From Octopus sinensis (taxonomy: Eukaryota): a DNA stretch of 64,000 nt. Position numbers and translations under genes: made by a program. Location: NCBI RefSeq assembly GCF_006345805.1, contig NC_042998.1, forward strand, positions 57,288,001 to 57,352,000, written 5' to 3'. Under the pieces are notes generated by a model. That model ran no database searches and was not told the origin of the DNA. It worked only from the letters and a program-made list of their open reading frames with translations. Shown here one piece after another: positions 49,861-62,075 of the stretch (within the stretch, counting starts at the first letter, position 1; each line of letters begins with the position of its first letter).

Positions 49861-51853
49861 AAATGTTGTTGATGGCAGGATAGTTTTATGGCAGGCTCTG
49901 ATAGTTTTAGAAGCAGTAGATATATTGAGGACGGGTGATAAATGAGGAGGACTTAAATCTAGATTAATTGTAAGCTTTTATCGCTTATATCCAGGTGAGG
50001 GAGGTGAGAATGGGAGAGTGGAATCTATATGTAAGAAGGCGCTACCTTTCGGAGTAAAGTTAGAGTAATGAGTGTAGCCTGGACCGTAAAAGTGGAAGGT
50101 ATGTAAGAGATGAGAAATTTGTTGCGCTTGGAAGCATATGATGTGTGGTCTGCGTTTTAGTAAAAGGTAGCATATAGAATATAAGTTATACATACATACA
50201 CTCCTTCCCCTTCCTCCATACACACCCACACCCACCCACACCCACACCCACCCACACCCACACAGATATATATTTACATACATGATATATATAAATATTT
50301 AAATTATGTTATATAATATGGTATAACCTTTTACTATAAGCCTAAATGACGTTACTTATACATAATTTTATGCAGTACTTTTTCTGTTAAAATGATATAT
50401 TTGCATAATAGTTTATTTTAATGAGCTATATTCTAAAGTTGAATTTTTCCATGTTTCTATCAAGTTTGAAGCTTTCGTTGCTGTATGTATTTATTTTATA
50501 GAATTTTGTGTCATAAGAAAATACTATATTTTGTGACTTCGTATATTTCATTGTAATTCTAATTTGTTATACAACATATAAAATAGAAGCAATTCTAACA
50601 AAATTGTGTTTAAATCAAGAGCTGTGGACAGACATTCATTTTACAGCAATCTGAAGCCCTGGTAAAAAGAAGTCTGATTGGCCCTATGGATAAGCATACA
50701 ACATAAAGCTGACCACAAGAGAATCATCAATTTGTCAATTCAATTCCTGCAACTCTGAGAGAGATACGTATTGACGTTCATAGAAAAAGACAATGACTCT
50801 GGAATGTAAAGGCATTTCATATGTAATGCCTTATCTGGTAGGATGAGAATAAAGAGTAGAATGAAAACACCTCGCTTGGCACAATCAGTCAAAATGGTTG
50901 TTATGAGTGTATGGGTCGTAAGAGTTTTCAGAATTAGATTTGCACTGTTAGAACTTTAGTGCATCCAACTTTCGTAGCAACATAACTGGTTTTACTACTC
51001 TCAGTTTCAATTAGTTAAATAGACCAATAGTTGGCTGAAAAGATTTGAGAGGCTCTGTTAGATAAATGACAGCCTCATTCACTTTATCCAGTGTCAGCTG
51101 CCTTGCAATTTATTGCGATGGCAAGATGATTATCTCGAGTTATATCTCACCGGTTATTTGATCATTGAGTAAACTTATATTTAGTTTTTTTTCCAGAACT
51201 GGGAGTACTTCATTTTAGTGGAAATACATTTTCAATCATTGACTGTTGTCCTTGAGATTCTTCCAAATTCCAGAGGACTGGATGATGAACGGGCAAACAA
51301 AAATAATAATGAAAAAGGTCCCCATCTCGGGTAAAGCTGATTCTTCTAGAGTACTACTCCAAGTTTCATCATCTCCCAAGAGGCATCTTCGGCTAGTTAT
51401 AGTGTAAGTTGCACAGACATATCCAGCAACTGCTTTGAGCTCCTAGAATAAGGCTGGACCGTGAATATTGCGCAGAAACAGTTTGAGATTTTGATTATAT
51501 AAGAGTTTTGAGAGTTAGATTTTTAATGTTACAGAGTTTTAGTGCGTAGCAACATAACTGGTTTTACTCTGTCAGTTTCAGTTAGTGAAGTGGACCAAAT
51601 TCCGCATTTAAAGATCATATCTTTATAAAGTTGTTACACAGTCTCAAATTGATTTTTTTTTCCTTTTTCACATAGTAATTACTATTTACTGATATTATAT
51701 CATATTTACTTAAAATATTCGACCAGTATTAATAACGATACTGGACAACATACATGCATACATACATACATACATACATACATACATACATACATACATA
51801 CATACATACATACACACATACATACATACATACATACATAATACATACATACA

Positions 51854-51885
<32 letters not shown>

Positions 51886-52279
51886 GATATATATGTGTGT
51901 GTATGCGTGTGTGAGTGTGTGTGTGCGCGTGAGTGAGTGTGTGTGCGTGTGTGTGAAAGAGAGAGAGTGAGCATTGTTTAGTGGCGAGAGTGAGTCGACA
52001 GAGATGCTTTACGGTATATCTCTGTATTCCGAGTTCCAATCTTGCCAGCCAGATCACAGCAACGGGAAATACTCAAGATCTTGTAACGGTAGATGAAGGT
52101 TAAATATTCTATTTAGCGTACTAGAAGAGGTTACGGACCCTTCCAGGTCGAATAAGGAGTGCTGCAGAAGATTCAGGTGCACAAGATCTACCCAAGAGGG
52201 CGGACAACTGCAAAGCTTTATATATATATATATATGTATGTATATATGCAGGCGCCCTTGCCCCCGCATACACACTTAT

Positions 52280-52332
<53 letters not shown>

Positions 52333-52451
52333 GCCCGCACACTCCCACATAAATACATATAAATACATATATATTATATATATGCATATATGTGTTCGTA
52401 TGTATGTATATATATATATATATACATATATATACGCACACACGTATTAGA

Positions 52452-52995
52452 AATTTCTAGAATAGAGAAAGAAGAGCAGTGTCTTAGAGCTGTTTCAGCC
52501 CAGAGGTCACAGGACCCCATATGCTATTTCCACATTTTCAGTGTATTGTAGTAATCTGTAGATAAAATTAGGGTACTTGGGTGTGCCTCTAGGATTTGTT
52601 TTTTATAAGATAGTCCAAGAAGTTCATAGGGTTAATTTATGCATAAACAAACATATCTATATAGACTTCGTCAAATGTACACCTTATCTAAAGCATGAAA
52701 TATGTGTGTGTGTGTAGATATGCGTATATATATGTATATATATATATGTATGTATCTATATTTGTATGTATGTATATATATATATATTTCTCCTTGTATG
52801 TGCATTTTCATTTCTAAATTACTCTACCCCTCCAAAACACCATTATTTTCTTCGATTATACTGTTATTTCTATTTCTGTTTTATGCATGCTCTAATAAGA
52901 ATATTGTACAACATCTACTAATAACTAATTCTGTTATATACATGCATGTGTGTATGTATATATATATATATATGGGTGTGTATGTATATATGTAG

Positions 52996-53027
<32 letters not shown>

Positions 53028-53232
53028 TTATATATGCATAAATTAGCACGATGAACTTCTTGGGCTATCTTATAAAACTCTCTGACATATCCTAGAGGCA
53101 TACCAAAGTACCCTAATTTTATCTACAGATTACTACAATACACTGAAAAGATGGAAATAACATGTGGGATACTGTGACCGCTGGGCTGAAACAGCTGTAA
53201 GAAATTTCTCTTCTTTCTCTATTTTAGAAATT
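52452..53232. repeat. Foldback with ~195-bp diverged inverted arms (52452-52644 / 53033-53232) containing a decayed hammerhead motif
   Basis: The arms are reverse complements; the right arm has CTGTGA-ccgctgggct-GAAACAGCTGTA at 53172-53199. Confidence 0.85.
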
Positions 53233-53334
53233 ACTTATACTTTACACATGCATTTACATATTATCTGAACTGTTTAAAATAAACAAATAAACATAATAGT
53301 ATAATGTTTAACAGCTGGATGCCCTCCATTTTTT

Positions 53335-53401
<67 letters not shown>

Positions 53402-53789
53402 TGCAACACCATTGTTTTTAACATTTCGCATTAAAATTATTCTCTAAAAGTAACTAGTTCTTAAATACCATTGACAGTAGAAAATTATTTATTCTTTCCA
53501 TGTCTGATATTTAAAATTGTTATAATTTCTAAACTATTTACGTACCAATGTTCTATAATTTGAGCTGTTATATTTATTATTTTATGTTGTTTATAAAATG
53601 TGAAATATATATTTAATCACTTACACAGAATAAAGCCTGGATAATTTAGGAATAAAAATGCGACTTGAAATATAATGAGCAAATACGTTAATTTCTTCCT
53701 TTTATTGCAAACCATAAACTGACTTTAGGAAATAAAACTTTTAAAGCAGCAATTTTAATAACCACTTTACTTATGACTCAAGGCTAGTA

Positions 53790-53972
53790 ATTTTGAAGAC
53801 AGGAGAAATTTGATTACATCGACCTAACTGTCCTACTGGTTCTTGTTTCATCGACCTCGGAAGAATGAAAGGCAATGTCGAACGCAACGCAATTTCAACA
53901 TCGAATGTAAGGACGAACGAAATCCTGTTAAGTATTTTCCCGATACACTGACGATTCTGCCATCTCGCCGTC
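53790..53972 (-). mobile_element. SINE family A copy
   Basis: TCATCGACCTCGGAAGAATGAAAGGCAATGTCG...CTGACGATTCTGCCATCTCGCCG. Confidence 0.8.
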
Positions 53973-54018
53973 TTGAGAGTTATGATAACAACAGTATTCC
54001 GAATATATATATTGTGTT

Positions 54019-56102
54019 TGGGATACGCCCCCAAACAATAATTCTCACAATTAAGTGAGAAAAACTATGTACTCCACTGCAGGCAGACTAGAGGTTAGAA
54101 TCCAGTGAGGATTTCTTGCTTCTAAACTCTAGACTGCCTGCCGTAGATTGTTTAGTTTTTGTCACTTAATTGTGAGAATTATTATTTGGGGGCGTATCCC
54201 AGCTTCCAAAACTTGTTCACTTTGAGTGAATAGTGTTTTTCTCATTTAATTTTGAGAATAGTTGGGGCGTAATTCACTTGCAAATTTGTTCACTTTTTGT
54301 GAATAGTGATTTTTGAAATTCAACGTTTACCAATTTTTGTGAAAAGCTGTGTTCCAAGTTGTGGCGTTCTAGTCCTGGGGTACCGAGTAGTCAGAAGATT
54401 TTTTGCTGTTTTTTTAACTGTTGCTTTCGTTTCTTCTATCTTTTATTTTTGACTTTCTTAATTGAACTGTTTACTTTTTGTTCTTTCCTTTTTGTTGAGG
54501 CTTTCTTTTTTTATTTCTCTCCTCATTGTTTGGAATTTATTGTGAACTGTTTTTTTTTTACTTTTAATTTAAAACTCGGCAAAGAACATGGACAAAATTG
54601 TGGAGTGGGAAATAATACCATCCAAACAATTGCTAAAGAATTTCGAAGAGAAGACAATGGTGTTAAGGACTTACTCTAAGTCGCTCGTCACCATCGCCAT
54701 ATTTGGGAAGACCATGATTGAAAAAGGGTTGGCGGAGTATTTGCCAACTATCAAATAAATCTCGGGGCGGGGGTCAAGTATGCAACGGTCTGGTTGCTAT
54801 TTGACATCCCCGAAGAGGTTCGCAAATTTGCGAGCAAGCCCTTGGAGGGCAGGAAATTTTGTTCGTTCCCACTTATTGTGGGAGGAGGTTGACCAGGGCT
54901 TAGGTCTGTGGTTTGCCACCCAGAATAGAACTCGAGTGGATAGAGGATACTATCTGCAGGGGTGTGGTGGGTGGCAGCGGAGCCAAGCTCCTCAATGTGA
55001 AAATCTTGCCTGCGTCTGATTGGGAGGGGTCAAAAGCGGTTTTGATCCTATGGACCCAATCAACTAAAAATCTGGTACTTCCAGATTTTTTGAGAATGGT
55101 CAATTCTAGGTATCCGGTGATGCTTGAGGAACGCCCCCACCAAGTGTCACCTGTGCCTGCAACCAGGCCACATTAAAAAGAACTGTCCTTAGGACCACGG
55201 CAAGGTCCTGGAGCAGTCAATAAAATACTAAACCCTGCTCCCCCATTGGAGGGAGAGAAGGAGGCAGTCGAAAAGGTGCAGACCTCCTCGAAAAAAAAGA
55301 AAGGTGGGCAACAATGGTTGCCCACTGAAGGATTCAAAAGCTACGGGAGGGAAGGAAGATCTTCCGGACAGAACGGAAGAACTTCACCCTCCCATGGCTC
55401 AAGGAAAAAAAAGAAGAAAAAGAAAAACAGGACATTACCGGCGGTTTGTGGCACACTGCTGGCGTGTCCCGAAGCACCTACGGTGGAAGTTGTGCTGTCG
55501 AAGGTTGAAACCTGCTAAGGTAGAAACATGCTAAGTATGAGGATTTTGTGATTCTCTTCCATAAGGGACCGTCATTGGAAAGCTTTCTAAAGAAGTTTAT
55601 AAAGAAAGGCCGGAGGGAAGGAATGCTATCCTGCATTGAGGTCCCTGACTGGCCTTCGCAGGTGGCTGCGGAGGTCATATTTGTGCAGGGTGATGGATTC
55701 CTTTCACGAGCACACCTTTTGATTCGTATTAAAATGGCCCGACGTGGCACCGTCCAGGTGTTTGAATGAAGCGAGGAGCCTGGTCGGGCAAGGAAGTTCA
55801 AAATAAAGGTAAGAGGCTTAGTGCCTCATTTTTGTTTTTGAATTGTAAAAAGTAGAAGAGGTTTGTTTTCTCGTAAATGAATTTTGTATTGAACTGTGAA
55901 AAATGTAAGAGGTTTGTTGCCTCGTAAATGTAATATAAAAGATCAATGTTCTCGGGTAAGCAGCAATCGGTGGGCGTTGGTTGTTGCCTTCCTTTATCAT
56001 CATTTTCCTTTGTCATTTAATAATATTATGTCTCTGTCCAGCCCGTAGCTTCCCTTCTATGTAAGGCCTTCATGGCCTATATAATGAATATATATTGTGC
56101 GA
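54019..56102 (+). mobile_element. ORF1-only L1/Tx1-derived element (HAL1-like), decayed
   Basis: T-rich 5' region, then an ORF1 relic from ~54585 (GVKYATV..LFD..EE...GLPPRIELEW...) with the knuckle KCHLCLQPGHIKKNC at ~55140-55190. The ORF ends at ~55769, there is no EN/RT sequence, and the 3' tail is shared with 59140-59345. Confidence 0.75.
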
Positions 56103-56103
56103 G

Positions 56104-56157
<54 letters not shown>

Positions 56158-56165
56158 CATCTATC
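56103..56165. repeat. (TCTA)n microsatellite at the element 3' end
   Basis: Visible tandem run. Confidence 0.95.
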
Positions 56166-57820
56166 AATATATTAGTATGTATAGGAGGAATTACAACCGT
56201 GTTTCGTGGTCTGCTACCACAACAGCTCCTTTATAGGATCCAGTTAGCTTAAGACATCATCAGGAGGAGCCACGTCCGGTTTCGGCTCCTACTCCTCTAC
56301 CGTTTCGACGTGGTGAGCCCCCCTTTCGGAGGTGTCTTCAGCTCTGGTGTTGGGTGCATGTCTTCTTTCTTCTTTCTTTTGTTCCCTGGCCTCTCCGATG
56401 TATCGTCAGCGAGTGTCAGCCGGTGACTGACTGTCTTGTCAAATTTTTCCATTTAAATACCTGCCGCATAGACTCCAGCAGGCAGCCCCAGCAAGTTGTC
56501 ACCTGACACTGTCTCACCTTAACCGACTAGTGAAGGCGCGTAGTTTTAGCCCGCGCTTTTTCTAAACGACCGTCACCGACAGGCAGTCCCAGCAAGTTGT
56601 CACTTGTGTGTGTGTTTGTGTGAGTGTGTAACAGAAATACACATGGTGCGTTATGGATGATTATGTTATCTCACCACACATCATCCAAAGAAACGAGTCT
56701 ATTGAATGTTTGGTTTTTAAAAAGCGAAGTTATTTACTATACGTTTGGTGTGAATATAAAAATATCTATGCAGTAAGGTATCCTCTCTTTACATAAAAAT
56801 GTTGCTATTGTTATTTTCAATTATAATTCACACGCAAAAACGAAATTAGATAATTGCTGTTAAAATTTTCAACGTGAGAAGGGTAGATCATTGCCTACCT
56901 GAATTGTGTTTCTATCTTTCGAAGAATTTCAAAGTTCAATCTTAGTTCAATTCAGGTGTAAATAATGTATGCACATTTAATCATATTTTTGTTTATTTTT
57001 AGCTCTTACTTTAATATGTTTTCAGTTGGTATTTCAGTTTGTGTGATTCTCGGTCGTTTATAAAATTTTATTTATAAATATTCATGGTTTATTCTAAGGA
57101 ATATGCCATTAAAATATACTTTCCTGGAAGAAAATTTGTTTTAAAGAAATATTTTAAAGATGGCATATTTTATAAGAAAACGTTATTTTCTAAAGAAAAG
57201 TGTCTAAAGAATATATAATGGCGATATAATTGTTAGTTCATTCACCTGTATAAATGGTGGGTAGCTTTCACGCGTCAGTGCATGAATTAATTGGCTGCTT
57301 TACCTTATCTACCCATCCATCTATCCAACTATCTATCTATCCATCCACCAATCCATCTATCTATCCATCCATGTATCCACCTGTCAATCCATCCTTCTAT
57401 CCATATGTCTAGTCGTCTATCCATCTCTCTATCTATCTTTTCCTCTACCTGTTCTATCTCCCTAGCAGACTATCATCTGACTTTCACGTATGTAAATAGT
57501 CATAAAAAACATTATCCCACGTTGTACACTTCACACGGGTTCACATTTTAATATAGTCTGATTTTGTTTTAAATAAAAGCATTTAATTTTATCATTATGG
57601 GAAGATTCGTACAGTTAGATACGTTATTTCACAATTCTTTTTCATATTTACATTCAGATAATTTATAATATTTATTATTTGTTTTCAGTAATGGGACACT
57701 GGCTATGCTATTGCACCGCCTTGAAGGGATTAGTCGAATAAATCGATTTACCTCTATCGCTATCTTTTACTAAAACACTAAGTTACATGGACACACACAT
57801 ACATGTATGTATACACCCCC

Positions 57821-57899
<79 letters not shown>

Positions 57900-57930
57900 G
57901 TGCAGGGTTGCCTGTGTGGTAAAAAAAAAG

Positions 57931-58263
57931 TAGGCGGCGAGCTGGAAGAAACGTTAGCACGCCGAGCGAAATGCTTAGCGGTATTTCGTCTGCCGCTACG
58001 TTCTGAGTTCAAATTCCTCCGAGGTCGTCTTTGCCTTTCATCCTTTCGGGGTCAATTAAATAAGTACCATTTACGCACTGGGGTCGATATAATTGACTTA
58101 ATCCCTTTGTCTGTCCTTGTTTGTCCTCTCTGTGTTTACCCCTTGTGGGTAGTAAAGAAATAGGTATTTCACGCAATGGGTAGATATAATCGACTTAATC
58201 AGTTTGTCTGTCCTTTTTTGTCCCCTCTGTGTGTAGCCCCTTGTGGGCAGTAAAGAAATAAGA
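57931..58263 (+). mobile_element. SINE family A copy with a duplicated 3' tail
   Basis: Full copy at 57931-58170, then a second GATATAATCGACTTAATC...GTAAAGAAATAAG tail. Confidence 0.9.
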
Positions 58264-59345
58264 AACTCACTTCCATGGGGTCAAAAGCTGTTTTGACCCT
58301 GTGGACCAAATCAGCCAAGAATCTGGTAATTCTGGATATTTTGAAAATGGCCGTTTCTAGGTATTCCGTGCTTCTCCGGGTATCCGGTCACCTTCACCGG
58401 GTATCATCGTCGCCTGGAGCCTGGATCCCTAGGAACAAAGTAATGTCGTGGAGCAGTTGGTTCAGACCTCCGTAGAAGAGGGAACGAAGGCGGCCGAGGA
58501 GGCGGCGGACTCTTCAAAGAAGTGGAGCAACAATGGGTGCTCACCGAAGGACCCTAGGGATGAGGGAGGGGAGGCGAATCGCCCCCTCACGGAGGAGACG
58601 CACCCTCCCTCAGTTGAGAAGAAAAAATAGGAAGAGGAAGAGAAACAGGACATTGCCGGCAGTAGGTGACATAGTACCGGAATGTCCCGGAACTTCGTCG
58701 GTGGGGTTGTGCCACCAGCAGGGGATGAGTCGGTGGGAATTGTGCTGCCGACAGTAGAAGTGACTACCCCGAACCCAGAGGAAGACGAATTATTGGTCTT
58801 CTACAGAGGCTGAGATGTGGAGAAAGTATTGGAAAAGCACCATATGGGAGTAGCTTTGACCTGCACACGGGATCCCGAATGGCCTCCGCAGATAGCTCTG
58901 GAGGTCATAACGTTGCCCGTGTTGCGTAGGCTGGAGGGGCTCAATGAGGAATATCTCTTGTTGTCGGGCGACGTCGAAACACCACCCGCTTTGTGCTTGA
59001 ATGAGGCGGCGGTGATGGCGGAGGAATGTGGATAAGAGGTTGAAAAGCCTCAGTGTTATGAATTGATGAGGGGTTTGAAACCTTACTCTGTTTACCAAAG
59101 CAAGAGGCGTAATGCTTCCTTTTTGTATCAATGAACATTATGAACAGTTGTACGAGGTTTGTTGCCTCATACATGATATATAAGAGAACAATGTTTTCAG
59201 GAAACAAACGATCGGCGGGCGTTGCTTGTGTCCTCCATTAAACATCACTTTTACTTTTCATCTCATATAACATTATATCTGTGTCCAGCCCGCAGCTTCC
59301 TCTTTCTTTGTGTAAGGCCTTTATGGATAATTTAATGAAATAAAG
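58264..59345 (+). mobile_element. Second, 5'-truncated ORF1-only L1-derived copy
   Basis: GGGGTCAAAAGCTGTTTTGACCCTGTGGACC matches 55027, and the C-terminal DPEWPPQIALEVI matches PDWPSQVAAEVI. The tail GAGGTTTGTTGCCTC...TGTCCAGCCCGCAGCTTCC...GTAAGGCCTT matches 55900-56080, ending AATGAAATAAA. Confidence 0.75.
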
Positions 59346-59349
59346 AAGC

Positions 59350-60245
59350 TTGCTTCCGGTTTCTCAGGATTCATTTGGTTTGCTGATTTTGTGCGAGAGG
59401 GTCGTGTTTTTGGGGTGTGCGAGTTTTTTTGGGTGTACGACGTTTTTCCTCTTGTGTGATGGAGGGGCGTCGAACGAGAAGTTATGAGAAGTTAAAGTAT
59501 TCTTCCCCAGAATTTGATTCGTCTGAGGAGGAGTTGGCGGAATGCTTTAAAATATAGACAAGGAGATGGAAATTAGGAACCATGCAGCGGGGGCTAAAGG
59601 AAAGATTGGGGAAGTTAATCTGGAGGAGTTGAGCAAGTTTAAGGAAATACTTGAAAGGGAGGGGAACGATGTGAAGGTGTTGCCCCTAAAGAAGTATTAA
59701 AGGGTAAGAAAGAAAGGAAGATTGTCTACAGAACCTATGCAGTGGAAACAAGTAAAATTAAAGTGGTGTCGAAGGCACAGGTAGAAAATGCACTAAGGTC
59801 AGTCTGGCAGGAAATATACCTTGCTAGGTGATGGAAATATGGAACGGTGGAGGTGCAGTTTAGAGAAATAGTAACTACCAGACTGCCCTCAGCCACACAA
59901 CTGAAGACAAACAAAGTGGTAATTCTGCCTCTGTATCTTGGGAGACGTGATTCCAGATTTTGGGTGGAAAACATACCACCAGAAGTGAATGTGGCCCGGC
60001 TGGTGACTGCCACACTGCATGGAGGAGAAATTGGTGGTCCTGCAGGCTACAAGAACGCCTCTTAGGAATTAGAAAGGACAAAACCTTGAAATGGTGATAT
60101 AGGTCGCGAAGGAGAATTTGGAAAAGATGATACAACACACATTGAAAGTTAGAGTGGAGAGAAGGATTCCACGGTTTTATCAATGTGGCCTGATGCGTCA
60201 CATTAGAGATGCAGCACAGAATTTTGTCAGTGAACAAGTCGCGGT
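59350..60245 (+). mobile_element. 5' part (UTR + ORF1) of another L1/Tx1-like element, 3'-truncated
   Basis: Frameshifted peptide KFKEILEREGNDVKV...ERKIVYRTY...KYGTVEVQF...VILPLYLGRRDSRFWVENIPPEV aligns with the ORF1 at 6409-7386. Confidence 0.8.
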
Positions 60246-61061
60246 CATAAAGCTACGAAAATATTTTGACAAATGAAATTAAAATGTTGAAGTGAATCTA
60301 ACAGTTTTTGTGTGTTTCTTAAATGGCTTATAAACACCTTCCGCGCTGCAATTGTTTATATATATATATATATATGAAATTTATATCATATTGTCTGACA
60401 CGTCTCCGAAACGGTCCGTCGATGAAACTTTTAATGATTTATAGTTTCAAACTTTCCACTGGCCTTCGTGTTGTAACTTGAAACCTTTTATTCCTTTGTA
60501 TCTTATCGTGTGAATTAATAATTCACTATGTCTTATATCATATCGATGTTTTCTATTTTGTCTGCGTATTTATAAATATGTTTATATATTTTTAAATACC
60601 TACGTGCTTTTAAACATTTTTATATGCTTGAGATGTAACTTGTAAATTATCATTCTTTTATTTCATATCGTGTGAAATTTATAATTCACTGTCTTATATC
60701 AAATCGACGTTTTTTATATCTATTTATGTATCTATTTATGTGTTTATATATTTTTTAAATGCCTACGAATTTTTAAATATTTACTTGTTTTTTTAAATAT
60801 TAAATATTTTATATGCGTGTATGTTTTTAATACTAATATTATTTCGAACTTTATACTGATTTATTACTGTCGAAGAAAGTACTCATATATACTGAATATT
60901 CTATTGAATAATAGGTCATGTTCCTCTAGTTTTCCGTTCGTATGGCCTCCATTCAAATTATAAATTGGAACTTAGCTCAATGTGAGCACTTCGATTCTGG
61001 CCTGTTTCTGAGTATTTTTAATGTTAACAATTTCTATATAAAATAGTATAATTTATATATA

Positions 61062-61112
<51 letters not shown>

Positions 61113-61149
61113 CTACACACATACATACATACATACATACATACATACA

Positions 61150-61270
61150 TACATGCAACCACATCCATACGCTGCTACTATACCCCGAGGCTATAGGTAA
61201 AAACGCTTGCTCAAGTTACAGTGCATGGCTTTAAAACGAACTCCATGCTTACACAACCGTATCTGCATCT
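61150..61270 (-). mobile_element. SINE family D 5' fragment
   Basis: CCGAGGCTATAGGTAAAAACGCTTGCTCAAG...CTTACACAACCG, homologous to 3010-3110. Confidence 0.6.
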
Positions 61271-61586
61271 AAATAAATATATAAAGCAATCATACGAATT
61301 CGCGTTTTCTGAATTCTTTTGTTTGGAAACTTAATTTTGTAAGGGCAACTAAGTCATACACGAAAAAGAATATTATAGACATTTCTGAGGTTCACATTAG
61401 TTCATATACATTAATTTGTTGCATGAAGGTGCTGGGAGAATTCAAGTGAAACAAATGTTTTAATTAATGATGATGATTTTATTCTGATTACATTCAATGA
61501 CTAGCGTTTAATTATCGATTCCACACTACAGCTGCGTTGGATAATATGAACCGACTATAACAGACTTCAAGAATAATAAAGCTATA

Positions 61587-61615
61587 TAATAATAATAATA
61601 ATAATAATAACAACA

Positions 61616-61669
<54 letters not shown>
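61587..61669. repeat. (AAT)n microsatellite
   Basis: Visible tandem run. Confidence 0.95.
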
Positions 61670-61672
<3 letters not shown>

Positions 61673-62075
61673 TGCCCTGAGGCAGTACCAGGCAGTGGCT
61701 CTCATGGCTTCTGATCTTAACTGATTGGAAGTGTTATCATGTATATTATTTTGTCTTGGTATAAAAAATGGGCTACAGCAAATATTCTGCTCAATACCAC
61801 AGATTTCCTTGTCAGTTGTTTGACCTTAACCAGTTGAGCATGTCCCTTAGTGTCTGACGATATGTGCATCTCTGATCACAAGCAGAAGTAGTGGGGGAGC
61901 ATCATAGCCATGTGTTGAGAGGGATTCTTTGAGGTTTGGAGGTTTTGATATGCACCTTTGGAAACATGGGTGGTTCATTCAACATCCTTAAACAATCCGT
62001 ATTCAGGGACCTTTTGAGCGGCGGGATGGGCAACTCGACCTGAAGAAAATCATAGCTGGGCCCTGCAACAGGCGT
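61670..62075. mobile_element. Interspersed repeat abutting (AAT)n, family unassigned
   Basis: Non-coding, higher-GC block (ATGCCCTGAGGCAGTACCAGGCAGTGGCTCTC...) that I recall as an abundant octopus repeat. There is a single copy here, so it cannot be verified internally. Confidence 0.45.
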
